Counted from the first letter of the stretch, positions 29,917-37,407 are shown. The stretch: DNA of 38,961 nt from a virus (IMGVR_UViG_3300005805_000204:1-38961); one strand, 5' to 3'. Notes: a model not told the origin generated them from the sequence alone. Translations and numbers: made by a program.

Positions 29917-30838
29917 ATTATTTTCGTTGTTAGTACTATTGATGTTTACTACATCAGCTAAAGCAGAAGATTCGATTAAATTTTTAGTAGGGTTTGCACC
30001 CGGCGGTGGCCAGCATATTGTCACTACTATAATTAGTAACGCGGCCACATCTAACGGGATTTCTAATCGGTTGATATTCAAAGAAGGTGCAGGTGGGATA
30101 ATAGGAATGAATGAATGTGTAGCATTAGCAAGCAAAAATACATTATGTATGGCTACTCAAGCACAATATGTTCATTCAATTGTATTAAATGAGAATGTAC
30201 GTAAATTTAATCCAGAAGAGCTTACTTATGTAAAACCGATTGGACTTAGTCCGGGTGTACTAGTAACTAATATAGAAAATACCAAAACTTTAAAAGAAAT
30301 TGTGAGTGAAATAAAAACAAAGAAAGTTAATTTTGGCAATGGCGCATTAGGTTTAACAGTTCTTACTAATTGGGTATTAAAACAATTAGGCCCGATAGAC
30401 GCGGCTATGGTTGACTTTAAAGGTACAGGCCCGGTACTAACTAATATTATGGGGAAACAAATTGATTATGCTATAATGCCATATGCGGTTGCTAAGAATG
30501 CATATGCACAAGGACAAGTCAGAATTGTAGCATCATTGGGTGAATCTGAAGAATTATCTAGACGAGGAGTACCTAGATTGCAAACAATGGTCCCGAATGT
30601 AGATGATGACTATACTATTTTTGGATTTGTAATGGCACCCAATATGAATAGACAAATCGTAAAGCAACATGAAAATATGTTGACCACATTGTTAGCTTCA
30701 CCTATTGTGAGACAGCAACTATTGGAACAAGGTATTTCCCCCATTGGGGACAAAATGCAAAATTATACTTTTGCGGATATTGCTAAGAGTGAGAGAATCA
30801 AATTAGCAAAATTATTAGAAGCAATGCCAAAACGTTAA
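29909..30838 (+). CDS. Bug/TctC-family periplasmic substrate-binding protein (divergent)
   Basis: Signal peptide, VGFAPGGG, EGAGGIIG, FKGTGP..G.QID. Confidence 0.75.
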   Translation: MYKLFSLLVLLMFTTSAKAEDSIKFLVGFAPGGGQHIVTTIISNAATSNGISNRLIFKEGAGGIIGMNECVALASKNTLCMATQAQYVHSIVLNENVRKFNPEELTYVKPIGLSPGVLVTNIENTKTLKEIVSEIKTKKVNFGNGALGLTVLTNWVLKQLGPIDAAMVDFKGTGPVLTNIMGKQIDYAIMPYAVAKNAYAQGQVRIVASLGESEELSRRGVPRLQTMVPNVDDDYTIFGFVMAPNMNRQIVKQHENMLTTLLASPIVRQQLLEQGISPIGDKMQNYTFADIAKSERIKLAKLLEAMPKR

Positions 30839-31131
30839 TTAATATCTTCTTTAAATCGGATAATTGAATTATTGAGTTCATACTCATTGCGTTCAGCAAT
30901 ATATAATACTACTATTGGGTCTGATTTAAATTGTAGAAACGAAGCCTCATCTAAAAAAGTTATTTCTTTGATTAGGATATCCATACCGTCGGCAGATTCT
31001 TCACTAATTAAAGTTGATACCAATATATTGGTATTTCTGTATGTTTCATCCAAATGTGCTTCTAGTGCCAGATTTTTTTTATACCATTCTATTGAACTAG
31101 GTTTTATAGTGGTGATGCGATACTTGTACAT
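30835..31131 (-). CDS. Small hypothetical protein (98 aa)
   Basis: Fills the gap between convergent/divergent genes; GAAGGA RBS and a reverse TAAATA upstream of MYKYR. Confidence 0.6.
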   Translation of the reverse strand: MYKYRITTIKPSSIEWYKKNLALEAHLDETYRNTNILVSTLISEESADGMDILIKEITFLDEASFLQFKSDPIVVLYIAERNEYELNNSIIRFKEDIN

Positions 31132-31211
31132 GGATATTCCTTCTATTATCAATATTGTATTTATCAAATCTAATTAATTATCAAATCCAAAATATCTGTA
31201 TAAATAGTTTA

Positions 31212-32354
31212 ATGTGGACTACAGAACGATTAATTGATATGCCCCACTATAAAGTGGGTGAAGAGGTATTTGCTAGTAAGGTGCTAGCTTCTATCCGCAG
31301 TAGGGAAACTAATACTGCAATGACATGGCATTACTACGACCATATATGGAAACAGTTGGATATTAACTCTCTACCACGTAGAGACTTACGTACGGTGTAC
31401 AAAGAACGAGCACAAGAATTACGAGACAAATATGATTATCTAGTGTTAAACTATAGCGGCGGGGTGGACAGTTGGAATATTTTACATGCATTCATCTCTA
31501 ATAATATAAAATTAGATCAAGTTACTGTTAGATTTCCTTTTAAATTTTTAGATAAAAAATTCCACAATCCAAACACATTAGATACCGGGGACGGTAATAG
31601 ATTAAGTGAATGGGATTACACTGTAAAACCGGATCTAGAGTGGTTAGGAAAAAATTATCCTGATGTATACATACACTTAGAAGATTGGATTCCTGATAAT
31701 CCTTTAGATTTAAAAATTGATGACTCTATATTTGAAGAAATACATTGCCAATATGGGTTTGGTTCAGTATTGCGTGGTCGGGGACACGAACCCTCAATAA
31801 AAGAAAAATATCAGATGGATAAAGGTAAGACTGTTGGAACTATAAGCGGAGTAGATAAACCCAAGCTAGCTGTAAAAAATAATAAGATGTATTATTATTT
31901 TGCAGATAGTCCTATAGGCAGCAGTCCCCCTAGAAATTATTCACCAAATGATAGGGCAATTGAATATTTTTATTGGGGTCATCAAAATCCATCAGTACTA
32001 TATTCTCAGATAAAAGTTATGTATGAATGGTTCTCTAACAACAAAGAATTTATATGGTGTTTAAATGAAATCGCAATAAAAAACTGGAGAATATACGCTA
32101 CTATAACCAAATCTATATTGTACCCTGATTGGGATCATCGTAAATTTCAATGCGAAAAACCCTCATTTGGATTGATAGATAAAATGAGACCGGGTGATGT
32201 GGTGTTCGAAACACACACCGAAATAGCTCCAATCAAACAACGCTATGAATTTCTTAGAAAGGATTATGATAAATTATTAAATCCTGACCATTTGCTTCCT
32301 AATGGGGAATTTAAGAGATGCATATCTAAGCCCCTATTTGTGGGTGAGATTTAA
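31212..32354 (+). CDS. PP-loop ATPase-like protein, paralogue of 28798-29916
   Basis: RAQELRDKYDYLVLNYSGGVDS, GVDKP, EYFYW; start placed downstream of TATAAATA (31199-31206). Confidence 0.7.
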   Translation: MWTTERLIDMPHYKVGEEVFASKVLASIRSRETNTAMTWHYYDHIWKQLDINSLPRRDLRTVYKERAQELRDKYDYLVLNYSGGVDSWNILHAFISNNIKLDQVTVRFPFKFLDKKFHNPNTLDTGDGNRLSEWDYTVKPDLEWLGKNYPDVYIHLEDWIPDNPLDLKIDDSIFEEIHCQYGFGSVLRGRGHEPSIKEKYQMDKGKTVGTISGVDKPKLAVKNNKMYYYFADSPIGSSPPRNYSPNDRAIEYFYWGHQNPSVLYSQIKVMYEWFSNNKEFIWCLNEIAIKNWRIYATITKSILYPDWDHRKFQCEKPSFGLIDKMRPGDVVFETHTEIAPIKQRYEFLRKDYDKLLNPDHLLPNGEFKRCISKPLFVGEI

Positions 32355-32372
32355 TTTACAAGAAAGAATATT

Positions 32373-33323
32373 ATGTCAAAATTTTTTACATTGCTATTAT
32401 CAATGTTCTGTTTTATTAATTCTGCTAGCGCAGAAATCTATCCTAATCCAAATAAACCGGTTACTATAATAGTTAATACAGCAGCAGGAGGAACACTGGA
32501 TATTACTGCTAGGTATCTAGCAAAAAAATTAGCATTGAGTACTAATGGAAATTATATAGTTGTCAATAAACCCGGCGCCAATGGAAACATTGCGATGAAT
32601 GCAGTTAAAGAAAGTGATCCTGATGGATACACTCTTTATTTGATGAACCCAAATCATATTACTAATCCTATAGCTAATACACAAATGGTATATGATCCTT
32701 ATAAAGATTTTACTATCATTGGTCCTATTATTAAAAGTCCTATGGTATTGATGACTACTCATAGTAGTCCGGTACAATCAATTGAGAATTTAAAACTAGG
32801 ATCTGACAATCAATATACATACACTGCTTCTCAGATAGGCAGTGGCCCGCATTTGGGAGCTATGGCATTAGAACGAGCACTAAACAAAAGTTTTTTATAT
32901 ATCCCTTATAAAGGTGCAGGCAACAGCTATACTGACTTTATTAACGGCACGGTAGACTTTGCAATGTACATATATCCTAGTGCAATGGCTGTTTTACGAA
33001 GCTCAAAAGTTAAACCAATAGCTATATCTACAATTGAAAGACTGCCAACACTGCCCAATGTACCAACCTTTAGAGAAATAGGAATAAAAAATTTAGAAAT
33101 AGATACCTTTTACGGAATAATAGGGCCAAAGAATATTCCCCCTGAAATAGTAATATACTTGAATAAAGTATTGAATTCAATAATAACTGATAAAGATAAT
33201 ATCATAGAAATGAATAATATTGGCTTATTCCCGTCACGCATGACACCACAAGAAACCATTACTTTTTTAAAGAACCAAGAAGCGAGATTAAAGCCATTGG
33301 TTGAAAAAATAGTATCTAAATAA
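32373..33323 (+). CDS. Bug/TctC-family periplasmic substrate-binding protein
   Basis: Signal peptide, AAGGTLD..AR, VVNKPGANG, PDGYTL, IPYKG, LPNVPT. Confidence 0.88.
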   Translation: MSKFFTLLLSMFCFINSASAEIYPNPNKPVTIIVNTAAGGTLDITARYLAKKLALSTNGNYIVVNKPGANGNIAMNAVKESDPDGYTLYLMNPNHITNPIANTQMVYDPYKDFTIIGPIIKSPMVLMTTHSSPVQSIENLKLGSDNQYTYTASQIGSGPHLGAMALERALNKSFLYIPYKGAGNSYTDFINGTVDFAMYIYPSAMAVLRSSKVKPIAISTIERLPTLPNVPTFREIGIKNLEIDTFYGIIGPKNIPPEIVIYLNKVLNSIITDKDNIIEMNNIGLFPSRMTPQETITFLKNQEARLKPLVEKIVSK

Positions 33324-33330
33324 ATTCAAT

Positions 33331-33879
33331 ATGAACTCATCAACACACGTTTATTATCGCATTTGTAATGACTTACCTAATATACCTGAGGATTTAGAAA
33401 ATGATGCATATGAATGTATGAACATCGATAACTGTTTCTATGAACGATTGGGTATTAATAAATATAATGTATCTCCTAAAATAACACAATGGCTTAACGA
33501 TTTCATTATACCACAGTTAGACGAAAAAACATACATAGGAAACATAAGCATACAAAAAATAACACCTAGTTATTCCACTAACCCACCTCATACAGATGGA
33601 TCAGGTGAATGTGTCTTATTTTACTTTTTGACATTGGGAGGTACTAATGTCACAACACGATGGTGGCAAGAAAAAGATGAACCATTAATTCGCAAGTTAG
33701 GTATAAAAAATTCAGATAAAGAGAATTTCAAAGAAGTATGCAGTACAGTAATACCATTGAAACAATGGGTATCAATTACGTCAAACATATTCCATAATGT
33801 AGATGATGTTACTTCGGATAGGATTAGTATAAGTATTAGGCTCAAACAGCATAATATCATTACTGATAACAATTTTTAA
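33331..33879 (+). CDS. 2OG-Fe(II) oxygenase/cupin-like protein
   Basis: PHTD...FHNV...RISIS. Confidence 0.5.
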   Translation: MNSSTHVYYRICNDLPNIPEDLENDAYECMNIDNCFYERLGINKYNVSPKITQWLNDFIIPQLDEKTYIGNISIQKITPSYSTNPPHTDGSGECVLFYFLTLGGTNVTTRWWQEKDEPLIRKLGIKNSDKENFKEVCSTVIPLKQWVSITSNIFHNVDDVTSDRISISIRLKQHNIITDNNF

Positions 33880-33881
33880 AT

Positions 33882-35342
33882 ATGATAATACTATTCAACG
33901 AAGGTGCAAATGTTCCTAATCGTACTGTTGGTGTTTATAGGATTGCCACTGTACTACGCAGGCAAGGACTAGAAGTAGAGGTGATAGATTATCTTTCACA
34001 CTGGGAACCTGACACATTAATAAAATATCTAGACAAGATTGAAAACATTGATTGGATTGGATTTAGTACTAAGTTTCATCAACCAGGATTTAAAGTACAA
34101 AGCTATTTGACAGAACGAAATGTTACTAGCTCGGGTCTGTTCACTCGTTTTACCATAGAAGAAGAAAATAAATTAATTTCATACATAAAAAGCAGAAATA
34201 AAAAGATTGTTTTGGGCGGCCCCAATGCAGAATTAGTTAGACATATGACTAGTGATTTTGATATAGTATGTATGGGTTATTCTGATATTTCTATTATTGC
34301 GGTGCATAATCATCTTACTAACAATGCCCCTCTAATTTGTGAACAACAAAACGGAACGTTAATAGTAAATAGCGACAAAGATTATCCGGTTACCGACTTG
34401 TCTGACTTAGAGACTGAATACCACTATAGCGACTTTATATATGAAGACGAGGTCTTTCCTATAGAGATAGGTAGGGGATGTATATTTCATTGTGCATTTT
34501 GTGAATTCGCACATCTAGGCAAAAAACCAGGAACATATATACGTAATAAAGAAAGTATTAAACGAGATATAGTGGATCGGTATGAAAAGTACGGGACTAC
34601 CAAGTTCATTTTTGTAGACGATACTTTCAATGATAGCATTGAAAAGATGCAAATGGTCAAAGAGATTCGTGACGAGACTAACATCGATTTTGAGTTCTGG
34701 GCGTATTGTAGGCTAGACTTGCTAGCATCGAACACTGACCAAGTAGACTTGATACCAGAGATTGGGTGGAAATCAATGACATTTGGAGTTGAGACCTTCA
34801 ACAGAGATAGTGGCAAAGCTGTAGGGAAAGGTGCGGACCCTAATAAACTGAAAAAATTCTTATTAAGTTTAAGAAAAAGATTCCCGAACATCAGATTTCA
34901 AATAAATCTAATATTAGGTTTGCCACATGATACTGAAGAAACAGCAAGAGACACTGTGCAATGGTTCATTGATAACCCCTCACTTACACAACATGTAAAG
35001 GTTGGCTCATTGGCTATACGTAATCCTGAAGGCAGGTTGTTCTCTAGTAAATTTGCATCCGATCCTCAAAAGTACGGATACACTATTATAGATAACCCAT
35101 TGTATAAGGCAATGAAATGGACAACAACGAATATGACTAGTGAACAAGCATCTAAATTGTCTAGTGAACTTCAATCTACATTTAATAGATCAGTGAAGGG
35201 ATTGTACGATAACAAGAACCCAATCACTGAAATGAGAGCAGAATCGGTTATTGTAGTAGATGATGAGGGCGGTGTCTACAACAATATGAAACATATAGTA
35301 CACGAGTACATAGCTAAAAAGTTAGCATATAGAAATATTTGA
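33882..35342 (+). CDS. Second B12-binding-domain radical SAM enzyme
   Basis: VLGGP, GRGCIFHCAFC, FVDDTFN, FGVET, ILGLP; paralogous to 23286-24779. Confidence 0.87.
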   Translation: MIILFNEGANVPNRTVGVYRIATVLRRQGLEVEVIDYLSHWEPDTLIKYLDKIENIDWIGFSTKFHQPGFKVQSYLTERNVTSSGLFTRFTIEEENKLISYIKSRNKKIVLGGPNAELVRHMTSDFDIVCMGYSDISIIAVHNHLTNNAPLICEQQNGTLIVNSDKDYPVTDLSDLETEYHYSDFIYEDEVFPIEIGRGCIFHCAFCEFAHLGKKPGTYIRNKESIKRDIVDRYEKYGTTKFIFVDDTFNDSIEKMQMVKEIRDETNIDFEFWAYCRLDLLASNTDQVDLIPEIGWKSMTFGVETFNRDSGKAVGKGADPNKLKKFLLSLRKRFPNIRFQINLILGLPHDTEETARDTVQWFIDNPSLTQHVKVGSLAIRNPEGRLFSSKFASDPQKYGYTIIDNPLYKAMKWTTTNMTSEQASKLSSELQSTFNRSVKGLYDNKNPITEMRAESVIVVDDEGGVYNNMKHIVHEYIAKKLAYRNI

Positions 35343-35367
35343 CAACAATTCAAAAGGCATATATACT
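35339..35367 (+). promoter_or_regulatory. sigma70 promoter P1
   Basis: TTGACA-N17-TATACT. Confidence 0.8.
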
Positions 35368-35427
35368 ACACACATGCATCGAGAAGTCGTTGCATTGAAG
35401 TTTGGGTAAGATGATAGAAAAAAGTTG

Positions 35428-35456
35428 TTGACAATTATTCCTATCTCTGCTATACT
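35428..35456 (+). promoter_or_regulatory. sigma70 promoter P2
   Basis: TTGACA-N17-TATACT with TGn extension and upstream A-tract. Confidence 0.85.
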
Positions 35457-35525
35457 TCAGTCATGAATTGAGAAATCGATTCATGAAAGAATTTTTGAAG
35501 TTGGGTAGATAGTTGAAAAAAAGTG

Positions 35526-35554
35526 TTGACACTAATTCGATCTTCTGCTACAAT
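35526..35554 (+). promoter_or_regulatory. sigma70 promoter P3
   Basis: TTGACA-N17-TACAAT with TGn extension and upstream A-tract. Confidence 0.85.
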
Positions 35555-35632
35555 TCATACATGAATTAACAAAAGGCACATAAAAACGCCTTAAAAAGAC
35601 GAAATTTTTAACCAGGACTAAATAAACATACT

Positions 35633-35806
35633 ATGAAAAACATTACTTGTCAATCGCTAAAACACACGGGTCAGTGGCATATAGCCTCTTTGACACCAGT
35701 GTTAGCCTTTGAGGGTAACATGTCTACACCGAGTATTCGCGGATCACAGTTTAATTATGATGCGAGAATTCCGGGGAGTTTCATAGAAGGAGCAGGTTAC
35801 GCTTAA
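35633..35806 (+). CDS. Putative attenuator leader peptide (57 aa)
   Basis: MKNITCQSLKHTGQWHIASLTPVLAFEGNMSTPSIRGSQFNYDARIPGSFIEGAGYA*; its 3' end is complementary to the 5' arm of the downstream terminator. Confidence 0.65.
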   Translation: MKNITCQSLKHTGQWHIASLTPVLAFEGNMSTPSIRGSQFNYDARIPGSFIEGAGYA

Positions 35807-35829
35807 AGTAACTACTCTAACAAGTTTAT

Positions 35830-35870
35830 GAAAACCCTGGGAAACTAAAAAGTCTCAGGGTTTTTCGTTG
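35830..35870 (+). terminator. Intrinsic terminator, probably conditional
   Basis: AAAACCCTGGG (35831-41) pairs with CTCAGGGTTTT (35854-64), ending in a T-rich tract. Confidence 0.75.
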
Positions 35871-35899
35871 TATGTCTCTAAAATACAACAAAAGAAAGG

Positions 35900-35928
35900 T
35901 TGACGATAATTGGAAGTTAAGATAGAAT
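35900..35928 (+). promoter_or_regulatory. Possible sigma70 promoter downstream of the terminator
   Basis: TTGACG-N17-TAGAAT. Confidence 0.55.
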
Positions 35929-36068
35929 ACAAGACTTCTTCTAGCGACAAAGTTGATTGGTTAGCTAATCATACTTTGACAAAAGAACAAGTCGCACAAT
36001 TGATCCGTAACAAGGTCGAACGTGCAAAAGTCTATCAGCGCAAAGAATACAAAGTATTTTTTGCTTGA
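35910..36068 (+). CDS. Small hypothetical protein (52 aa, TTG start)
   Basis: (M)EVKIEYKTSSSDKVDWLANHTLTKEQVAQLIRNKVERAKVYQRKEYKVFFA*; protein-like helical pattern; not in the ORF track. Confidence 0.45.
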   Translation: MEVKIEYKTSSSDKVDWLANHTLTKEQVAQLIRNKVERAKVYQRKEYKVFFA

Positions 36069-36369
36069 TAGCAGTGTTGAATAAGTGCGTAAAGCCCAGG
36101 GAACGAGGCCCTGAAAGAACACTATAATAATCTTTGAACGGGCGGACAGTATACATGAACGTGTGGCGATAACACATTAGTAAGACTACTGGGTAGGGTA
36201 TCAACCCTATCATGTCGTGTAGCAATACACGGCATTCTAAAACATACTAATCCCGAGAGCAGTCCTAACAGATAGAGGGTACGGATCAAGTGTGTTTTAG
36301 AATGCTTACTACAGATGAACAATTCATATATCCCTCTGACGGATCTATGCTGTAGTGACATATTTTTAT

Positions 36370-36448
36370 TCCGTAGAACCCGAGCATGGTGCATGGGCTT
36401 GACTGTTAATCAATGACTAGCTGGGATCGTTACCCAGATACGGAGCCA
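36370..36448 (+). tRNA. tRNA-Asn(GTT)
   Basis: TCCGTA/TACGGA acceptor, loop CTGTTAA, atypical T loop ATCGTTA, CCA. Confidence 0.8.
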
Positions 36449-36454
36449 AATTTA

Positions 36455-36529
36455 GGTGCGTTCATATAATGGTCATTATCTCGGATTGTCTATCCGAAGA
36501 CGGGAGTTCGATTCTCCCACGCATCGCCA
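36455..36529 (+). tRNA. tRNA-Asp(GTC)
   Basis: GGTGCGT/ACGCATC, TCGGA-TTGTCTA-TCCGA, TTCGATT, CCA. Confidence 0.92.
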
Positions 36530-36537
36530 GTATTTGT

Positions 36538-36613
36538 TGGGGTATAGTGTAATGGCTTATCACATCGGGCTTTGAACTCGATAATCTTGGTTCGATTCCA
36601 AGTACCCCTACCA
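36538..36613 (+). tRNA. tRNA-Gln(TTG)
   Basis: GGGGTA/TACCCC, TCGGG-CTTTGAA-CTCGA, TTCGATT, CCA. Confidence 0.9.
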
Positions 36614-36620
36614 GTTTTAT

Positions 36621-36697
36621 CCTTGAGTTAAGCGGGGGCTGTATACACCCTTGCTAATAGTAGGGAATGTCAACATCGGCGTTGACCTCAAGGGCCA
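36621..36697 (+). ncRNA. tRNA-like RNA with possible AAT anticodon
   Basis: Perfect CCTTGAG/CTCAAGG acceptor plus GCCA, 77 nt; non-canonical D and T arms. Confidence 0.55.
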
Positions 36698-36704
36698 AGT
36701 TTAT

Positions 36705-36778
36705 CTCCGAGAGATGTTACGGTAGCATCCCTGGCCTGGAACCAGGAAGCGGCAGTTCGACTCTGCCCTCGGTGACCA
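36705..36778 (+). tRNA. tRNA-Pro(TGG)
   Basis: CCTGG-CCTGGAA-CCAGG, GGCAG-TTCGACT-CTGCC, CCA. Confidence 0.88.
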
Positions 36779-36787
36779 AAATTTAAT

Positions 36788-36874
36788 GGAGTGTGTTCCC
36801 TGTCGTCGGCTGTAACCCGATGGTCATGTTAAGCAGGGTGGCGACAAGAGGTTCGATTCCTTCACACTCCACCA
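36788..36874 (+). tRNA. tRNA-Tyr(GTA), no canonical D arm
   Basis: GGAGTGT/ACACTCC-A-CCA, CGTCGG-CTGTAAC-CCGATG, TTCGATT. Confidence 0.75.
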
Positions 36875-36885
36875 AACACTTTAAT

Positions 36886-36960
36886 GGGGGCAGTAGCGGG
36901 CTACGGGTGATCCTTGCAAGATTGCTGACTAGAAGGGTTCAACTCCCTCGGCTTCCACCA
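36886..36960 (+). tRNA. tRNA-Ala(TGC), atypical D arm
   Basis: GGGGGC/GCTTCC with G3:U70, loop CTTGCAA, TTCAACT, ACCA. Confidence 0.78.
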
Positions 36961-36966
36961 AACAAT

Positions 36967-37042
36967 GCAACTTTAGCTGATGTGGTCATAGCGGCGGTGT
37001 GAAGTACCGTTGAAGTAGGTTCGATCCCTACAGGTTGCACCA
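36967..37042 (+). tRNA. tRNA-Phe(GAA)
   Basis: GCAACTT/AGGTTGC, GCGGT-GTGAAGT-ACCGT, TTCGATC, CCA. Confidence 0.88.
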
Positions 37043-37049
37043 AGAATTT

Positions 37050-37106
37050 AGGATGCTAACAGCAAAGTTAAAAACTTTTCTTTTGGTGAAAACAAAACGC
37101 ATCCTG
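37050..37106 (+). ncRNA. Small stem-closed RNA containing an anticodon-like hairpin
   Basis: AGGATGC/GCATCCT closing stem; inner TTTTC-TTTTGGT-GAAAA. Confidence 0.45.
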
Positions 37107-37114
37107 TTTTATAT

Positions 37115-37185
37115 TGCGGGCATTCAGGCGATCGGTCAGTCTCATAAGCTCGGCCCAGGTGTTTCGAATACACCGTCCGCAACCA
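37115..37185 (+). tRNA. tRNA-Met/Ile2(CAT), shortened D arm
   Basis: TGCGGGC/GTCCGCA-A-CCA, loop CTCATAA, GGTGT-TTCGAAT-ACACC. Confidence 0.75.
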
Positions 37186-37190
37186 GTTAT

Positions 37191-37265
37191 ACTCAGTTCG
37201 TCTATCGGTAAGGACGACAGCCTTTCAAGTTGTAAAGACGGGTTCGATTCCCGTACTGAGTACCA
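37191..37265 (+). tRNA. tRNA-Glu(TTC)
   Basis: ACTCAGT/ACTGAGT, ACAGC-CTTTCAA-GTTGT, TTCGATT, CCA. Confidence 0.92.
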
Positions 37266-37274
37266 ACAATTTAT

Positions 37275-37352
37275 GTCCGCGTAGCTCAGTTGGATTAGAG
37301 CACTTGTCTACGAAACAAGAGGTCGGAGGTTCGAATCCTTTCGCGGGCGCCA
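37275..37352 (+). tRNA. tRNA-Arg(ACG)
   Basis: Canonical cloverleaf, CTTGT-CTACGAA-ACAAG, TTCGAAT, CCA. Confidence 0.95.
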
Positions 37353-37356
37353 AGAT

Positions 37357-37385
37357 TTGACAATAATTAAATTGTCTGATACAAT
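37357..37385 (+). promoter_or_regulatory. sigma70 promoter inside the tRNA array
   Basis: TTGACA-N17-TACAAT with TGn extension. Confidence 0.82.
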
Positions 37386-37407
37386 ACATTTTTAAAAGGA
37401 GAACGAC

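Noticed and set aside
9378-35342. Alternative genetic code
   Set aside because: Conserved genes are uninterrupted in the standard code, and TAG and TGA both end genes at sensible boundaries.
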